This document shows, piece after piece, positions 40,929 through 49,535 of a stretch of 64,000 nt of DNA. The stretch lies in the IMG/VR virus record IMGVR_UViG_3300042890_004365, positions 10,510 to 74,509 of that record. One strand, written 5' to 3'. Source of the stretch: a virus. Taxonomy: Duplodnaviria > Caudoviricetes. Below the pieces are notes generated by a model. It did no database searches. It saw only the letters and a program-made list of their open reading frames with translations, and was not told the DNA's origin. Position 1 is the stretch's first letter, and every line of letters begins with the position of its first letter. Made by a program: the position numbers and the translations under genes.

Positions 40929-42071
40929 ATGCTTATATATAAAGGTATTCAATACAAACCGGGTAGTAGAGTAATTGCAAATATAGATGGTATGCAAATT
41001 GAAGGTAAAATTCAACATGAGGACCCATACTACTATATTTGTCATAATGAACCTGAAAAATCAGGAAATCAAGCTACCAATAGACTTGGTTATAAATTTT
41101 CTTGGGCATTTAAACAAGATTATAATGGAACACTTACTGATGGTGTTGTTATATTAGGTTTAAATGGTGTTGAAAACTTAAAAGATACATTTGAAATATC
41201 CGAAAAATTAATTACTTTTTTTCAAAGTAAGTCTATTGATATTCTTTCAATAGAAGATAAAAGAATGTTCCCAGACTATAATAAATTTGATATATCTGAG
41301 ACAAAAGGAATGATTACATTAGTAGATTCTACAAAAAATAGAAGTACTGATTTAAAATTTGGAAGATTTTTAAATTCATTCTCTAAACAATATAAAGATA
41401 CATTTAAAATGGATTCTTTATTTGATAATAAAAAAATAGAGAAAACTCATAATGATTATGTATCATATCAAACTGGTGATCACATTAAAGTTGAGTATTT
41501 AACCGGCAAAGAAATCTTAGAAGGATATAAAAGAGATAATTATCAATCATCTAAATCATCATTAGGTGGTTCTTGTATGACAGATAAACTAAGTTATCTA
41601 GATCTTTATACAAAAAATACTGATAAAGTCAGTATGGTTGCAATTAAAGTTTTTGATAAATTTGTTGGTAGATGTTTAGTATGGACAACTAATTGTGGAC
41701 AAAAGATAATGGATAAACCTTACATTTGTGATGAATGGGTTTTATCTAAATTTGATGAGATTAGAGAAAAAGAAGGATATCTATCATTTAATGATGTTAT
41801 CACAAACTCATCAATGAAACTATTTATTGATTTGGATACTACTGATATTGATGAGTGGCCTTATTTAGATACATTTATGTATTTAACTTTTCATCAAAAG
41901 AAAGTTATTGTTGAACAACCAGTAGGTGTTCTTCAATTAAATATATTTAATCGTAAAACAGAAGTGTTACAAGATGATTATTCTAAAGGTATATTACAAT
42001 CTTATCCACCTAGAGGTTACTCTATGAGACTTAGAACAACCAATGGTAGATATGAAGATAATAGAAATTAA
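40929..42071 (+). CDS. Conserved phage protein, paralogue of 27674..28738
   Basis: DLKFGRFL, LGGSCM, GRCLVW, IMDKPY, WPYLDTF. Confidence 0.75.
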   Translation: MLIYKGIQYKPGSRVIANIDGMQIEGKIQHEDPYYYICHNEPEKSGNQATNRLGYKFSWAFKQDYNGTLTDGVVILGLNGVENLKDTFEISEKLITFFQSKSIDILSIEDKRMFPDYNKFDISETKGMITLVDSTKNRSTDLKFGRFLNSFSKQYKDTFKMDSLFDNKKIEKTHNDYVSYQTGDHIKVEYLTGKEILEGYKRDNYQSSKSSLGGSCMTDKLSYLDLYTKNTDKVSMVAIKVFDKFVGRCLVWTTNCGQKIMDKPYICDEWVLSKFDEIREKEGYLSFNDVITNSSMKLFIDLDTTDIDEWPYLDTFMYLTFHQKKVIVEQPVGVLQLNIFNRKTEVLQDDYSKGILQSYPPRGYSMRLRTTNGRYEDNRN

Positions 42072-42088
42072 AAAAAGCTTAGAGAAAT

Positions 42089-42598
42089 CTAAGCTTTTTT
42101 GTCTTTAAATAAAACATCAAAAAGATTTGGTTTTTTAGTACCATTTAATTCACTTCTTATATCCATTAGGAGTTTACCTAATTTATTTTTACCTTTACCC
42201 GCACATTTTTCACAAGTACATTGACCATAGAAATTATCGTGCCAATAATTCCCTTCAATAATCTCTTTATTTTCAGTCATTAGTAACATTTCTTTTAATG
42301 TTTCATCTTTGAACTTTTCTTTAACTGCCCATTCCATAAATCCAAATTTCTTTGAATCCCACTCAGATCTTACTTTTATAACTTTTCCTAGTTGTTTTGC
42401 TTTACCAGGTGCCATATTAGAAACTAGTTCTCTAAAATCAGCAGCAGTATAGTATTTACCATCAATCATTTGATCATTATTACACTTCATTGCAACATAG
42501 TATGTTTCAACACTATTGTAAGTAATACCTTGGTATTCTATTTTACATGGATAGAAGTTCGATAAAAAACCATACCTACCATCAAATTTTGTTATCAT
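42089..42598 (-). CDS. NADAR family protein (YbiA / T4 gp30.3-like)
   Basis: FLSNFYPC, SVETYYVAMK, AKQLG, KF..L...L.T, IIEGNYWHDNFYG, GKNKLGKLLMDIR. Confidence 0.88.
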   Translation of the reverse strand: MITKFDGRYGFLSNFYPCKIEYQGITYNSVETYYVAMKCNNDQMIDGKYYTAADFRELVSNMAPGKAKQLGKVIKVRSEWDSKKFGFMEWAVKEKFKDETLKEMLLMTENKEIIEGNYWHDNFYGQCTCEKCAGKGKNKLGKLLMDIRSELNGTKKPNLFDVLFKDKKA

Positions 42599-42648
42599 AA
42601 TTTTATATATTTATAAAAAAACCCACTCAATGAGTGGGAATTTTGTTG

Positions 42649-43026
42649 TGGAGATGACGTTGTACTGCCCAACGTGTCTTTCTCAGTTAAAAATAACTAT
42701 TCGTTTACAAGTTTAGTAAGTTTTTCTAAGTCTTACAAAATAATTAGTTTTTGAATCTCAAACTACTAATAAAAAGGTTTCACTTTTAAACTGGTGAACA
42801 CAGCTGTAGAATTTTTGGTGTATTAGTCTTATTTGATTAAGCTACTACTAAATCTCTGTTAGAGATCAAATTGTTTTGTAAGCAAGCTACTAAATCTTCA
42901 CTTGTTCCTACTTGATTAACGTTGCCGTTTAAAAATGTACCATCTAATTTATTAATCGGTCATTGTAGGCCACCCGATACTTGCATAATCATCCTTAGTC
43001 CGCAAATCAATTCTAAAAACACCCCC
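42649..43026 (-). ncRNA. ssrA: tmRNA (378 nt)
   Basis: 5' GGGGGTG pairs with 3' CATCTCC-A including the G3:U wobble; T-arm ACGTTG-GGCAGTA-CAACGT; tag ORF 42926-42837 GNVNQVGTSEDLVACLQNNLISNRDLVVA*. Confidence 0.88.
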
Positions 43027-43067
43027 AGGATTAAATATATATATTATATATTAAAAGTGTAAAAGGT

Positions 43068-43682
43068 TTAATTTCTATTTCTTTTTATATCTCTATTTAT
43101 TTTACTACATAATGGTTGTAGATTACTATAATGATTAAGTTTAAATATTTCCTGTTCATTAACGGCATTTGATATTGGTATAATATGATCTATATCCCAA
43201 CCATAGTTTAATTCTCCATTATATAGACCATAGTTTTCCCAATTCATCCAATTCTCAAATTTATCTTCTAAATGTTTTTTAAAATCATTAAAATTACATC
43301 CTATTATATTTAATAATTCAATTGTCGTAGAAGTTACAAACTTACCTCTACTTAAAGATTTATTTAATCTTCTTTGAAACCCATGTTTTAATCTGTATAA
43401 AATATCTGTTCTCATTTTCATTTTATGATATTCTCTACGTCTTATCCTGTTTTTCTCTCTACGTTCATCACTAATTATATAACTATCATTAAGTTTTTTC
43501 TTTATTATTTTTCTTCTATTCTTCTCATCATCACTTAATAGGTTTAATTTTTCTTTAATAAACTCTTTGTTTTTTAAGAAGTATAATCTTTTATATTCTT
43601 TTATACAATTTTTACATTGATTAGTACCTTTATTATATTCCTCTATAACTTTTAATTCTTCACACTTTATACATTTTTTCAT
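43068..43682 (-). CDS. Free-standing HNH (homing-type) endonuclease
   Basis: N-terminal CxxC..CxxC; WDIDHIIP..NHYSNLQPLCSKIN; paralogue of 56392..57069. Confidence 0.82.
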   Translation of the reverse strand: MKKCIKCEELKVIEEYNKGTNQCKNCIKEYKRLYFLKNKEFIKEKLNLLSDDEKNRRKIIKKKLNDSYIISDERREKNRIRRREYHKMKMRTDILYRLKHGFQRRLNKSLSRGKFVTSTTIELLNIIGCNFNDFKKHLEDKFENWMNWENYGLYNGELNYGWDIDHIIPISNAVNEQEIFKLNHYSNLQPLCSKINRDIKRNRN

Positions 43683-43735
43683 ATAAACATTTTATATTTT
43701 TGTTACTATATATATTAAAATAATAGTTTCTCCTT

Positions 43736-43900
43736 ATGGAAAATAAAAATAAAATTGCTAAAAAAAACTATAACTCAGATAAAACATTTGTACAAATATC
43801 AAAGGAGTTACATATCAAAATAAAAGATTATTGTAAAAATAATAATATAAAAGTTAAGGACTTTTTAGAAAATACCATAAATGATAAAATAAAAAAGTGA
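43736..43900 (+). CDS. Small ribbon-helix-helix-like DNA-binding protein (54 aa, not in the ORF track)
   Basis: MENKNKIAKKNYNSDKTFVQISKELHIKIKDYCKNNNIKVKDFLENTINDKIKK; terminator at 43891-43922. Confidence 0.6.
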   Translation: MENKNKIAKKNYNSDKTFVQISKELHIKIKDYCKNNNIKVKDFLENTINDKIKK

Positions 43901-43921
43901 GTTATAAAAACTCACTTTTTT

Positions 43922-45199
43922 TTAGTCAAGAACATTATCAGTAAACCACTTAATAACTAACTCTTTTGGTATCACATCACCATAATACTCTGTATATTGT
44001 TCACCACCTTTTTTAATGACGTATGACGTATCATCTGTGTTGATACTATCAAAGTATTTAACATACTCTTCAAAGCTCTTAAAACGCATCCCTAATACAC
44101 TCACAGAGTCGTCATTAAATATCATCATCTTATAATCATCTGGACTAATATCAATACCAAATAGATTTCCTAAATATGTATTTAATTTTTTAACATCTTT
44201 GAAATCAAATTTAACATCTTTTTGACCTTCGATTTGAACTAAAATATCATCTAAAATGGTTACTTTAATATCAACATCTTCAAACCAAGTATTAAATACA
44301 AGAGTATCAGTGTTATATGTATCATACTCTAATGTATTTGTATGTAGTAAGTCATATTTATTTAAAATACTTTTAACTTCTTTTACAACACTCTTATTAG
44401 AGAAACGATGTCTTGGTGCAATTTTATATTTTGGCTCAAAATAAGTTACTTTTCTTTCAGTTGGTAAGTTCTCCCAATCAATTTTACACGCGGCTTCTGC
44501 AACTTTTTTAGTGTAAGATAAATCTACATACTCTGTTTTATAGTGTTCATTCCATCCACCAGCACTAATGTTGGTACATTCTGGAATAATGTCTAAGAAA
44601 GTCGCAGTATCTGTATAATAAGCATTTGGATCTGGTTTAGATTCAACACCTAAGTTAGTTAGTTCATCTGATAAAGCATCTGCAAAATCAATAGAACAAC
44701 AAAATCTACCTTTCTGTCTTAGTACAACAGAACCTGTTTGTTTTCTATCAAATGCAACTGCTCTTTTAAATTTTTTGAAGAATTCTGGGTTTGCTTTTAA
44801 AGCATTTTGTGAACCCCATAAACCACCACTTAAAATTGGTTCTTCTCCTAAGAAGAAGTAGTAAGTTCCAGGTATTCCTTTAGAAATCATGTATAATAAA
44901 ATAGACATTCCTAATTTATTATCACCACCTAATATGGTTTTTTCATCAGTTTTGATAATATCACCTTCAATAACATGATTTACTTTTTCATATTCGGTAC
45001 AATAAGTATCTAAGTGAGTTGTGAATAATGTTTCTGAATTACCTACTTGAATATAATAGTTACCAATAGAATCTTTTTTATATCCTGTGGGTAGATATTT
45101 TTCCAATTTAGTCTCATCACCATAAGGAATTGTATATTCAGTTAGTTTCAAAAAAGTATCCTTTATATCTAAAGGATTTATACTTTCATTTTTTGCCAT
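43922..45199 (-). CDS. M28/M20-type zinc peptidase
   Basis: THLDT, LGGDNKLG, GEE, AFDRK, YTDTA, ECTNIS.G..NEH. Confidence 0.8.
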   Translation of the reverse strand: MAKNESINPLDIKDTFLKLTEYTIPYGDETKLEKYLPTGYKKDSIGNYYIQVGNSETLFTTHLDTYCTEYEKVNHVIEGDIIKTDEKTILGGDNKLGMSILLYMISKGIPGTYYFFLGEEPILSGGLWGSQNALKANPEFFKKFKRAVAFDRKQTGSVVLRQKGRFCCSIDFADALSDELTNLGVESKPDPNAYYTDTATFLDIIPECTNISAGGWNEHYKTEYVDLSYTKKVAEAACKIDWENLPTERKVTYFEPKYKIAPRHRFSNKSVVKEVKSILNKYDLLHTNTLEYDTYNTDTLVFNTWFEDVDIKVTILDDILVQIEGQKDVKFDFKDVKKLNTYLGNLFGIDISPDDYKMMIFNDDSVSVLGMRFKSFEEYVKYFDSINTDDTSYVIKKGGEQYTEYYGDVIPKELVIKWFTDNVLD

Positions 45200-45242
45200 A
45201 ATTGTTTAATTTTTTACAAATATACAAAATTATTTTTAAATA

Positions 45243-45830
45243 TTAAAATGGTGCATCATCATCTTCACCATAATCTTCATCAGTATCATCATTTAATCCT
45301 TCATCATAATAGAATCCAAATTCTAAAGTTTGACCTCTTTGACTTTCCCACATATCAAATTCTGAATCATATTGTGGTAGAATATCCATTTTTAATTTAT
45401 TTAAAAGATCAAAAACATTTATTACATCACTTAATCTTTCTCTATGACCCATAGAACATCTAATAGATAAATCTAAATTATCATTAGTAATAGATACATT
45501 TTCAATACCTTTATTTTTAAACATACCTCTTAATAGATATTTTAAGTGTTCCATATCATCATCTTCAATATCTTCATCACTTAAATCTGGATCTCTATCA
45601 CCATCTTTATTATCATAATGATCAAAGTTATGAGCTATCCCACCATAATACTCACTATCATAAAAATCTTCATCATCATCAGGTATCTCACCTGACATAT
45701 CAAAACGAGATGGTAAAGAGTTACTTTTTTTTCTAGAACCACCAGCCCAGTCATCATTCCAATCTTGATCTGTACCTTCCCAGGCATCATCATCAACTCT
45801 TTCTGTAAATCTTTTATACTTTTGTATCAT
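45243..45830 (-). CDS. Highly acidic hypothetical protein, candidate internal head protein
   Basis: MIQKYKRFTE start; D/E-rich. Confidence 0.7.
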   Translation of the reverse strand: MIQKYKRFTERVDDDAWEGTDQDWNDDWAGGSRKKSNSLPSRFDMSGEIPDDDEDFYDSEYYGGIAHNFDHYDNKDGDRDPDLSDEDIEDDDMEHLKYLLRGMFKNKGIENVSITNDNLDLSIRCSMGHRERLSDVINVFDLLNKLKMDILPQYDSEFDMWESQRGQTLEFGFYYDEGLNDDTDEDYGEDDDAPF

Positions 45831-45831
45831 A

Positions 45832-47208
45832 TTATTTTAATTCTATTTTGATGGTTGTTTCGTCAAAAACAACGTAAGGGTCTGCGGTTCTGTGTTTATA
45901 TAATAAACCTTGTACTTGTGATAATGTATCAAAGATAGTTTTAACATCTGCAAGATCTAAATCTATTTTAATGAATATTTTATCTTGAACACCAACTACT
46001 TTAACATCTAAACCAAATATAGATTTTTTAACAGTATCAATTAAAGTTTTATGTTTTCTTAATAATTCTTCATTTATACCTACCTTTCTTACAGCGGGCA
46101 ATTGTGACCAATTTACTTTTAAAGAAGCTTTTGCTAATTTCTCTAAATAAGTCATATTTTGTATCTCTCTAAATGTATGTTCGTTATTATATCCAACCGA
46201 TACGTTAGTACATTCTGATATATCATCGATAAATGATGCAGAATCAGTAAATACTCCTGTTGGATCAGTAGATAAATTTAATCCACTTTTGTTATATTCT
46301 TTACAAAGTGCTGTAGCAAACTCATTTGAACAACAAACTCTACCATATTGAGAAGTAATAACCGAACCAGTTTTTCTTCTATCAAAAGAAACACATTTTT
46401 TAACATTTTTTAAAAATTCAAATGAACTATATTCACTCGCCAAATCTCTTGAACCAATACCACCTCTTTCTTCTCCAATAAAGAAGTAATAAATACCTGG
46501 TATTTTATTTTCCATCATATATAACATTACTGCTACTCCTGCTTTATCATCTGCTCCTAATATAGATGTACCATCAGTATAAATATACTCATCACCATCT
46601 TCTATTTTTGATAATAGTTTAGTAGGTAGTTGAGTTCTATCCGCAGTATCTAAGTGAGATGTAAACATTGTAGTATCATCTCCTGCAATTACTTTATAAT
46701 AATTTCCAAATTTATCTAATTCTAAGTCTGGTAAAAACTCTAAAACTTCAGTTTCGTGACCCATTGGGTAAGTTTTTGTTACCAATGATAAGAATGTTGA
46801 ACGAACATCTTTTGGATTATAAACAAATGGTTTATGTTCAATTGGTGTACCAACTGGTTGTACTGTAACTTTTACTCCTTTTTTAAGATTTACAATAGTA
46901 GTAGAGAATTTTCTAATACTTTCTTCATCATAAACACCAGGAAAATAGCTTCTCAAAAATGTTCCTATTTTGATATATTGTCTTCTTCCACCTATTATAG
47001 CATCAAAGAAATAATCTGAATCAGAGATATCCAATCTTGATATATTCATATCATTGGCATATTTAGACCTAGGATCTGCCATCCAGTTAAGTTCATATGC
47101 AATATAATCATCATGATCATCTTCCATTGTAGTTAGAAGTTTTACTAACCTAGCAGAAAATGCAATCTTTATCTCATCTTCATATTTCATTTTATAATCA
47201 TTTGCCAT
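45832..47208 (-). CDS. M28/M20-type zinc peptidase with extra N-terminal domain
   Basis: SHLDT, LGADDKAG, GEERGGIGS, SFDRR, FTDSA, ECTNVSVGYNNEH; late box at 47230. Confidence 0.82.
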   Translation of the reverse strand: MANDYKMKYEDEIKIAFSARLVKLLTTMEDDHDDYIAYELNWMADPRSKYANDMNISRLDISDSDYFFDAIIGGRRQYIKIGTFLRSYFPGVYDEESIRKFSTTIVNLKKGVKVTVQPVGTPIEHKPFVYNPKDVRSTFLSLVTKTYPMGHETEVLEFLPDLELDKFGNYYKVIAGDDTTMFTSHLDTADRTQLPTKLLSKIEDGDEYIYTDGTSILGADDKAGVAVMLYMMENKIPGIYYFFIGEERGGIGSRDLASEYSSFEFLKNVKKCVSFDRRKTGSVITSQYGRVCCSNEFATALCKEYNKSGLNLSTDPTGVFTDSASFIDDISECTNVSVGYNNEHTFREIQNMTYLEKLAKASLKVNWSQLPAVRKVGINEELLRKHKTLIDTVKKSIFGLDVKVVGVQDKIFIKIDLDLADVKTIFDTLSQVQGLLYKHRTADPYVVFDETTIKIELK

Positions 47209-47241
47209 TTAAAATGTTTTTATTTTTATTATATATTAAAA

Positions 47242-47634
47242 TTATATAGTGACTTCATGTGCGTTTTTATAATCAACCATAACTTGACCATCATTCATAC
47301 CTGGTTTTTTACTAACAAATCTACGTTTACAGTAAACTACAACAGATTTATCAACACCTTTTGCCTTACTATTATCCTTTGCAATCTCTGCAACTTTCTT
47401 AATAACTTCAGGAGTTGGTATATTATCTTTAACAACAATAACTACATGACTTCCTGGAACACCTTTTACGTGCATCCATAAATCGTCATTATCTGCAATA
47501 TTAAATGTTAAGTGGTCGTTAGACCTAGCATCTTTACCTAAATGAATAATAAATCCATCAACTTCCATTTTTTTAATATTAGGAAATTTATCTTTTTTGG
47601 ATTCATTAAATTGTTTATATTTCTTTAATCTCAT
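47242..47634 (-). CDS. Stand-alone NFACT-R (DUF814) RNA-binding domain protein
   Basis: GKDARSNDHLT, DLWMHVKGVPGSHVVI, A..SKA, V.K..G...GQV; start revised to ATG 47634 after TAATATATA 47639. Confidence 0.85.
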   Translation of the reverse strand: MRLKKYKQFNESKKDKFPNIKKMEVDGFIIHLGKDARSNDHLTFNIADNDDLWMHVKGVPGSHVVIVVKDNIPTPEVIKKVAEIAKDNSKAKGVDKSVVVYCKRRFVSKKPGMNDGQVMVDYKNAHEVTI

Positions 47635-47705
47635 AATGTATATATTATTTATATAAAACAAAAAAAGACCCAATTGGGTCTTTTTTTTAATATAATAACT
47701 AATAA

Positions 47706-49448
47706 TTAGTTAAGTAATCCTTGAGCATCAGAAACTTTGATAGTCATGAACTGTTTTTGTGGGTACCAACCAACTTCAGTTACAGCATATCTAGATCTAA
47801 GTAACATTCTTGGTGCGAATGTAGCCTCAGAGATGATGCTAATTGACTGAGCCATTAAGTAAGGTACGAAAATAATACCTGGTTGATCAGGGTTATTTTT
47901 TCTTCCTAAAACGATTCTGTTATCGTTATATCTCATGTATGGATCAACATAGATAGAGATGTCTCCGATTGAACCTACTGGGTACAATTGACCTTGAGAG
48001 TTCATTTTAGATTTCAATGGGTTGATAGTGTATCCTGCAATATCTTGTAATGCTGCAGCTAAACCTCCATTTGTGATTAAGTATTGAGCTGGCCCAACAC
48101 GTCCTTCTGTTGCAATGTAGTTAGAAGCATGAGCAATTTTCGTGATCAATTTTCTTTGTACAGCGTGAGTAGTTTCACCACCAATAGCACTAGTTCCAGT
48201 AGCATAAGTAGTATCTAAGTCAAACAAAGTTTGATTAGTGATAGCACCAGAGAAAGTACTTCCCGATAAAGGAGCATTTACTCTGTTTAAATCTCCCATT
48301 TCGAAGATTTTATTAACAATTTGTTTAGAGATTGTTTGAGACAATTCATTAACAAGGATTGATTCCATTTTTTGAACGATATCCATACCTGTGTTAGCTT
48401 TGATGTCTTCAATCTCAGTTCTTCTAAGTGCAGAAGATACTTCAATAGTACCAACAGCAACTGTTTTAGAAGAGATTTTTGGTCCGATAACTCCTGCGTA
48501 AGAATCATCATCTGTTTGTCTGTCCATTGGTGAAGATCCTGAAGATCTATCATTAGTTGTACTACCGTACCAGTTTGCAGAGAAACCAGGAATGTGATCT
48601 TCTAAAGCAGATACTAATGAAACAGCAACATTTGTTAAACTAGATCCAGTTGCTGCAATTTTAGTAATTGCCGCAGTCATTGCTTGAGTTGGACCAAATG
48701 TATTTCTTGTAGCATCATAAGCCCAAGTTGCAGCAACAGAACCACCAGCAGCATAACCATTAGCAGTATTAGCTTGTCTATAAGCTCTAAATATTGGAAA
48801 ACCATCGATACGAGAGAATCCTAAGAATTCAACCTGATTAAGTTTTGAACCATTTTCTACAGTAGCGATATTTTTAGTAGTTGTACCAGTAGAAATGTCA
48901 GCAAACAATCTACCACCTGATAAACCACCTTGTGTTTCAGTAATTACTGGAGTACCTGTAGCTAAAGCAGTTCTTAAATTTGCTTGTACAGTAGTTAATT
49001 CAGTAGCAGTAACTTTAAAAACTTGTGGTTTTTCGTCTGCAGCACCTGTACGAGTATCATCATATTGAAAGTCAATATAAAGTAAATCGATTTTCGGACC
49101 TGGAGTTGGTTTAACAGCAACTAAGTCAAGACCAATTGTTTGAGCAGCAATTTTCATTGCAACTGGTAACAAGTTTTGACCAACATCACCTGAACCAATT
49201 GTTCCTACTGTTGTTGTTGTAGCTGGACTACCACCTACTGTTTGACCTGCATAAAAAGCTGGTTGAGCAGCTAAAACTGAACCCATACCTGCTACGTTTG
49301 AAGCGTTTACATACGCATTCTCGTTGATTGAGTGAAATTCAGCATATTCTGACATCCATTCTACTCTATCACCTGTAACTCCCATGTTTTCCAACACTGG
49401 AGACCATTTTTTCATGGCTTTTTGATTATCTATTCTAATGTGTGACAT
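47706..49448 (-). CDS. Major capsid protein (gp23-like)
   Basis: KKWSPVLE, DLVAVKP, MESILVNELSQTI.KQI, IYVDPY, FVPY, TFAPRMLLRSRYA; start revised to ATG 49448; terminator at 47659-47688. Confidence 0.92.
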   Translation of the reverse strand: MSHIRIDNQKAMKKWSPVLENMGVTGDRVEWMSEYAEFHSINENAYVNASNVAGMGSVLAAQPAFYAGQTVGGSPATTTTVGTIGSGDVGQNLLPVAMKIAAQTIGLDLVAVKPTPGPKIDLLYIDFQYDDTRTGAADEKPQVFKVTATELTTVQANLRTALATGTPVITETQGGLSGGRLFADISTGTTTKNIATVENGSKLNQVEFLGFSRIDGFPIFRAYRQANTANGYAAGGSVAATWAYDATRNTFGPTQAMTAAITKIAATGSSLTNVAVSLVSALEDHIPGFSANWYGSTTNDRSSGSSPMDRQTDDDSYAGVIGPKISSKTVAVGTIEVSSALRRTEIEDIKANTGMDIVQKMESILVNELSQTISKQIVNKIFEMGDLNRVNAPLSGSTFSGAITNQTLFDLDTTYATGTSAIGGETTHAVQRKLITKIAHASNYIATEGRVGPAQYLITNGGLAAALQDIAGYTINPLKSKMNSQGQLYPVGSIGDISIYVDPYMRYNDNRIVLGRKNNPDQPGIIFVPYLMAQSISIISEATFAPRMLLRSRYAVTEVGWYPQKQFMTIKVSDAQGLLN

Positions 49449-49535
49449 AAAATTTTTATTTTTTTTTAGTTTTTTTATAATACTATATATATCCTTGTTT
49501 TTACTCGTTTTTGACAAGTATGGATTTTTTATAGA

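Noticed and set aside
42089-42598. NADAR N-terminus MITKFDG as a capsid tag
   Set aside because: It matches the normal NADAR family start (I..F...Y.FLSNF)
42640-42700. Stand-alone tRNA gene
   Set aside because: It is the 3' tRNA-like half of tmRNA with no anticodon arm; no tRNA recognised elsewhere by eye
18524-49517. Longest-ORF starts at 18524, 26470, 27587, 31711, 47673 and 49517
   Set aside because: Extensions run through terminators, promoter boxes or AT-rich leaders; downstream ATGs fit better
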